Shown here: positions 63,816 through 64,000 of the stretch, piece by piece
Numbering within the stretch: the first letter of the stretch is position 1
Layout: each line of letters opens with the position of its first letter
Origin: Octopus sinensis
Lineage: Eukaryota
Direction: 5' to 3'
Assembly (NCBI RefSeq): GCF_006345805.1
Contig: NW_021833924.1
Span: 29,337 to 93,336 of the forward strand
DNA length: 64,000 nt
Notes under the pieces: generated by a model
What the model was told of the DNA's origin: nothing
The model's database searches: none
What the model saw: the letters and a program-made list of their open reading frames with translations, nothing else
Position numbers and translations under genes: made by a program

Positions 63816-64000
63816 GCCCATGCACCTGTGTCAGTGTGAACATGTATATTTATGTGTTTATGTGTGTGTGTGTGTGTGTGTGTGTACACACTTCCCTTCC
63901 CCTATCAGCGAAATCAAGAATTTTAAAATTTCCTGATACGAACAAAGAGGAAATAAGAAACACTGCCAAGCCAGAAGTGGGTTTCGTTTTTTTCAGGAAA

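Overview
AT-rich, microsatellite- and SINE-saturated animal genomic DNA. The SINE families and C2H2 relics point to a coleoid cephalopod (Octopus-like; inference). The only convincing host-gene coding sequence is the first coding exon of an ANKS1A/ANKS1B (Odin/AIDA-1) orthologue at 11937-12052 (+). It is followed by an intron of at least 52 kb; no exon 2 was recognised in the window. The rest is repeats: tRNA-derived SINEs and SINE-derived tandem arrays, RTE- and CR1-type LINE fragments, a Helitron, a decayed Tc1/mariner transposase, TTAA/piggyBac-type MITE arrays, another MITE, a tRNA-Leu(CAA) pseudogene, a decayed C2H2 zinc-finger array and a 3.4 kb tandem duplication. The most notable signals are (i) fold-back elements resembling Penelope-like pseudo-LTRs, three loci of which carry minimal type-I hammerhead ribozyme motifs that are best preserved antisense to the host gene; (ii) a GC-rich 111-bp repeat with a UUCG-capped hairpin inside an ~810-bp insertion with an RTE-like tail; (iii) piggyBac-type MITE multimers with a fixed spacer and an empty-site paralogue. 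Almost all ORFs in the supplied track are low-complexity or repeat artefacts. All similarity calls are from memory and by eye, with no database search.
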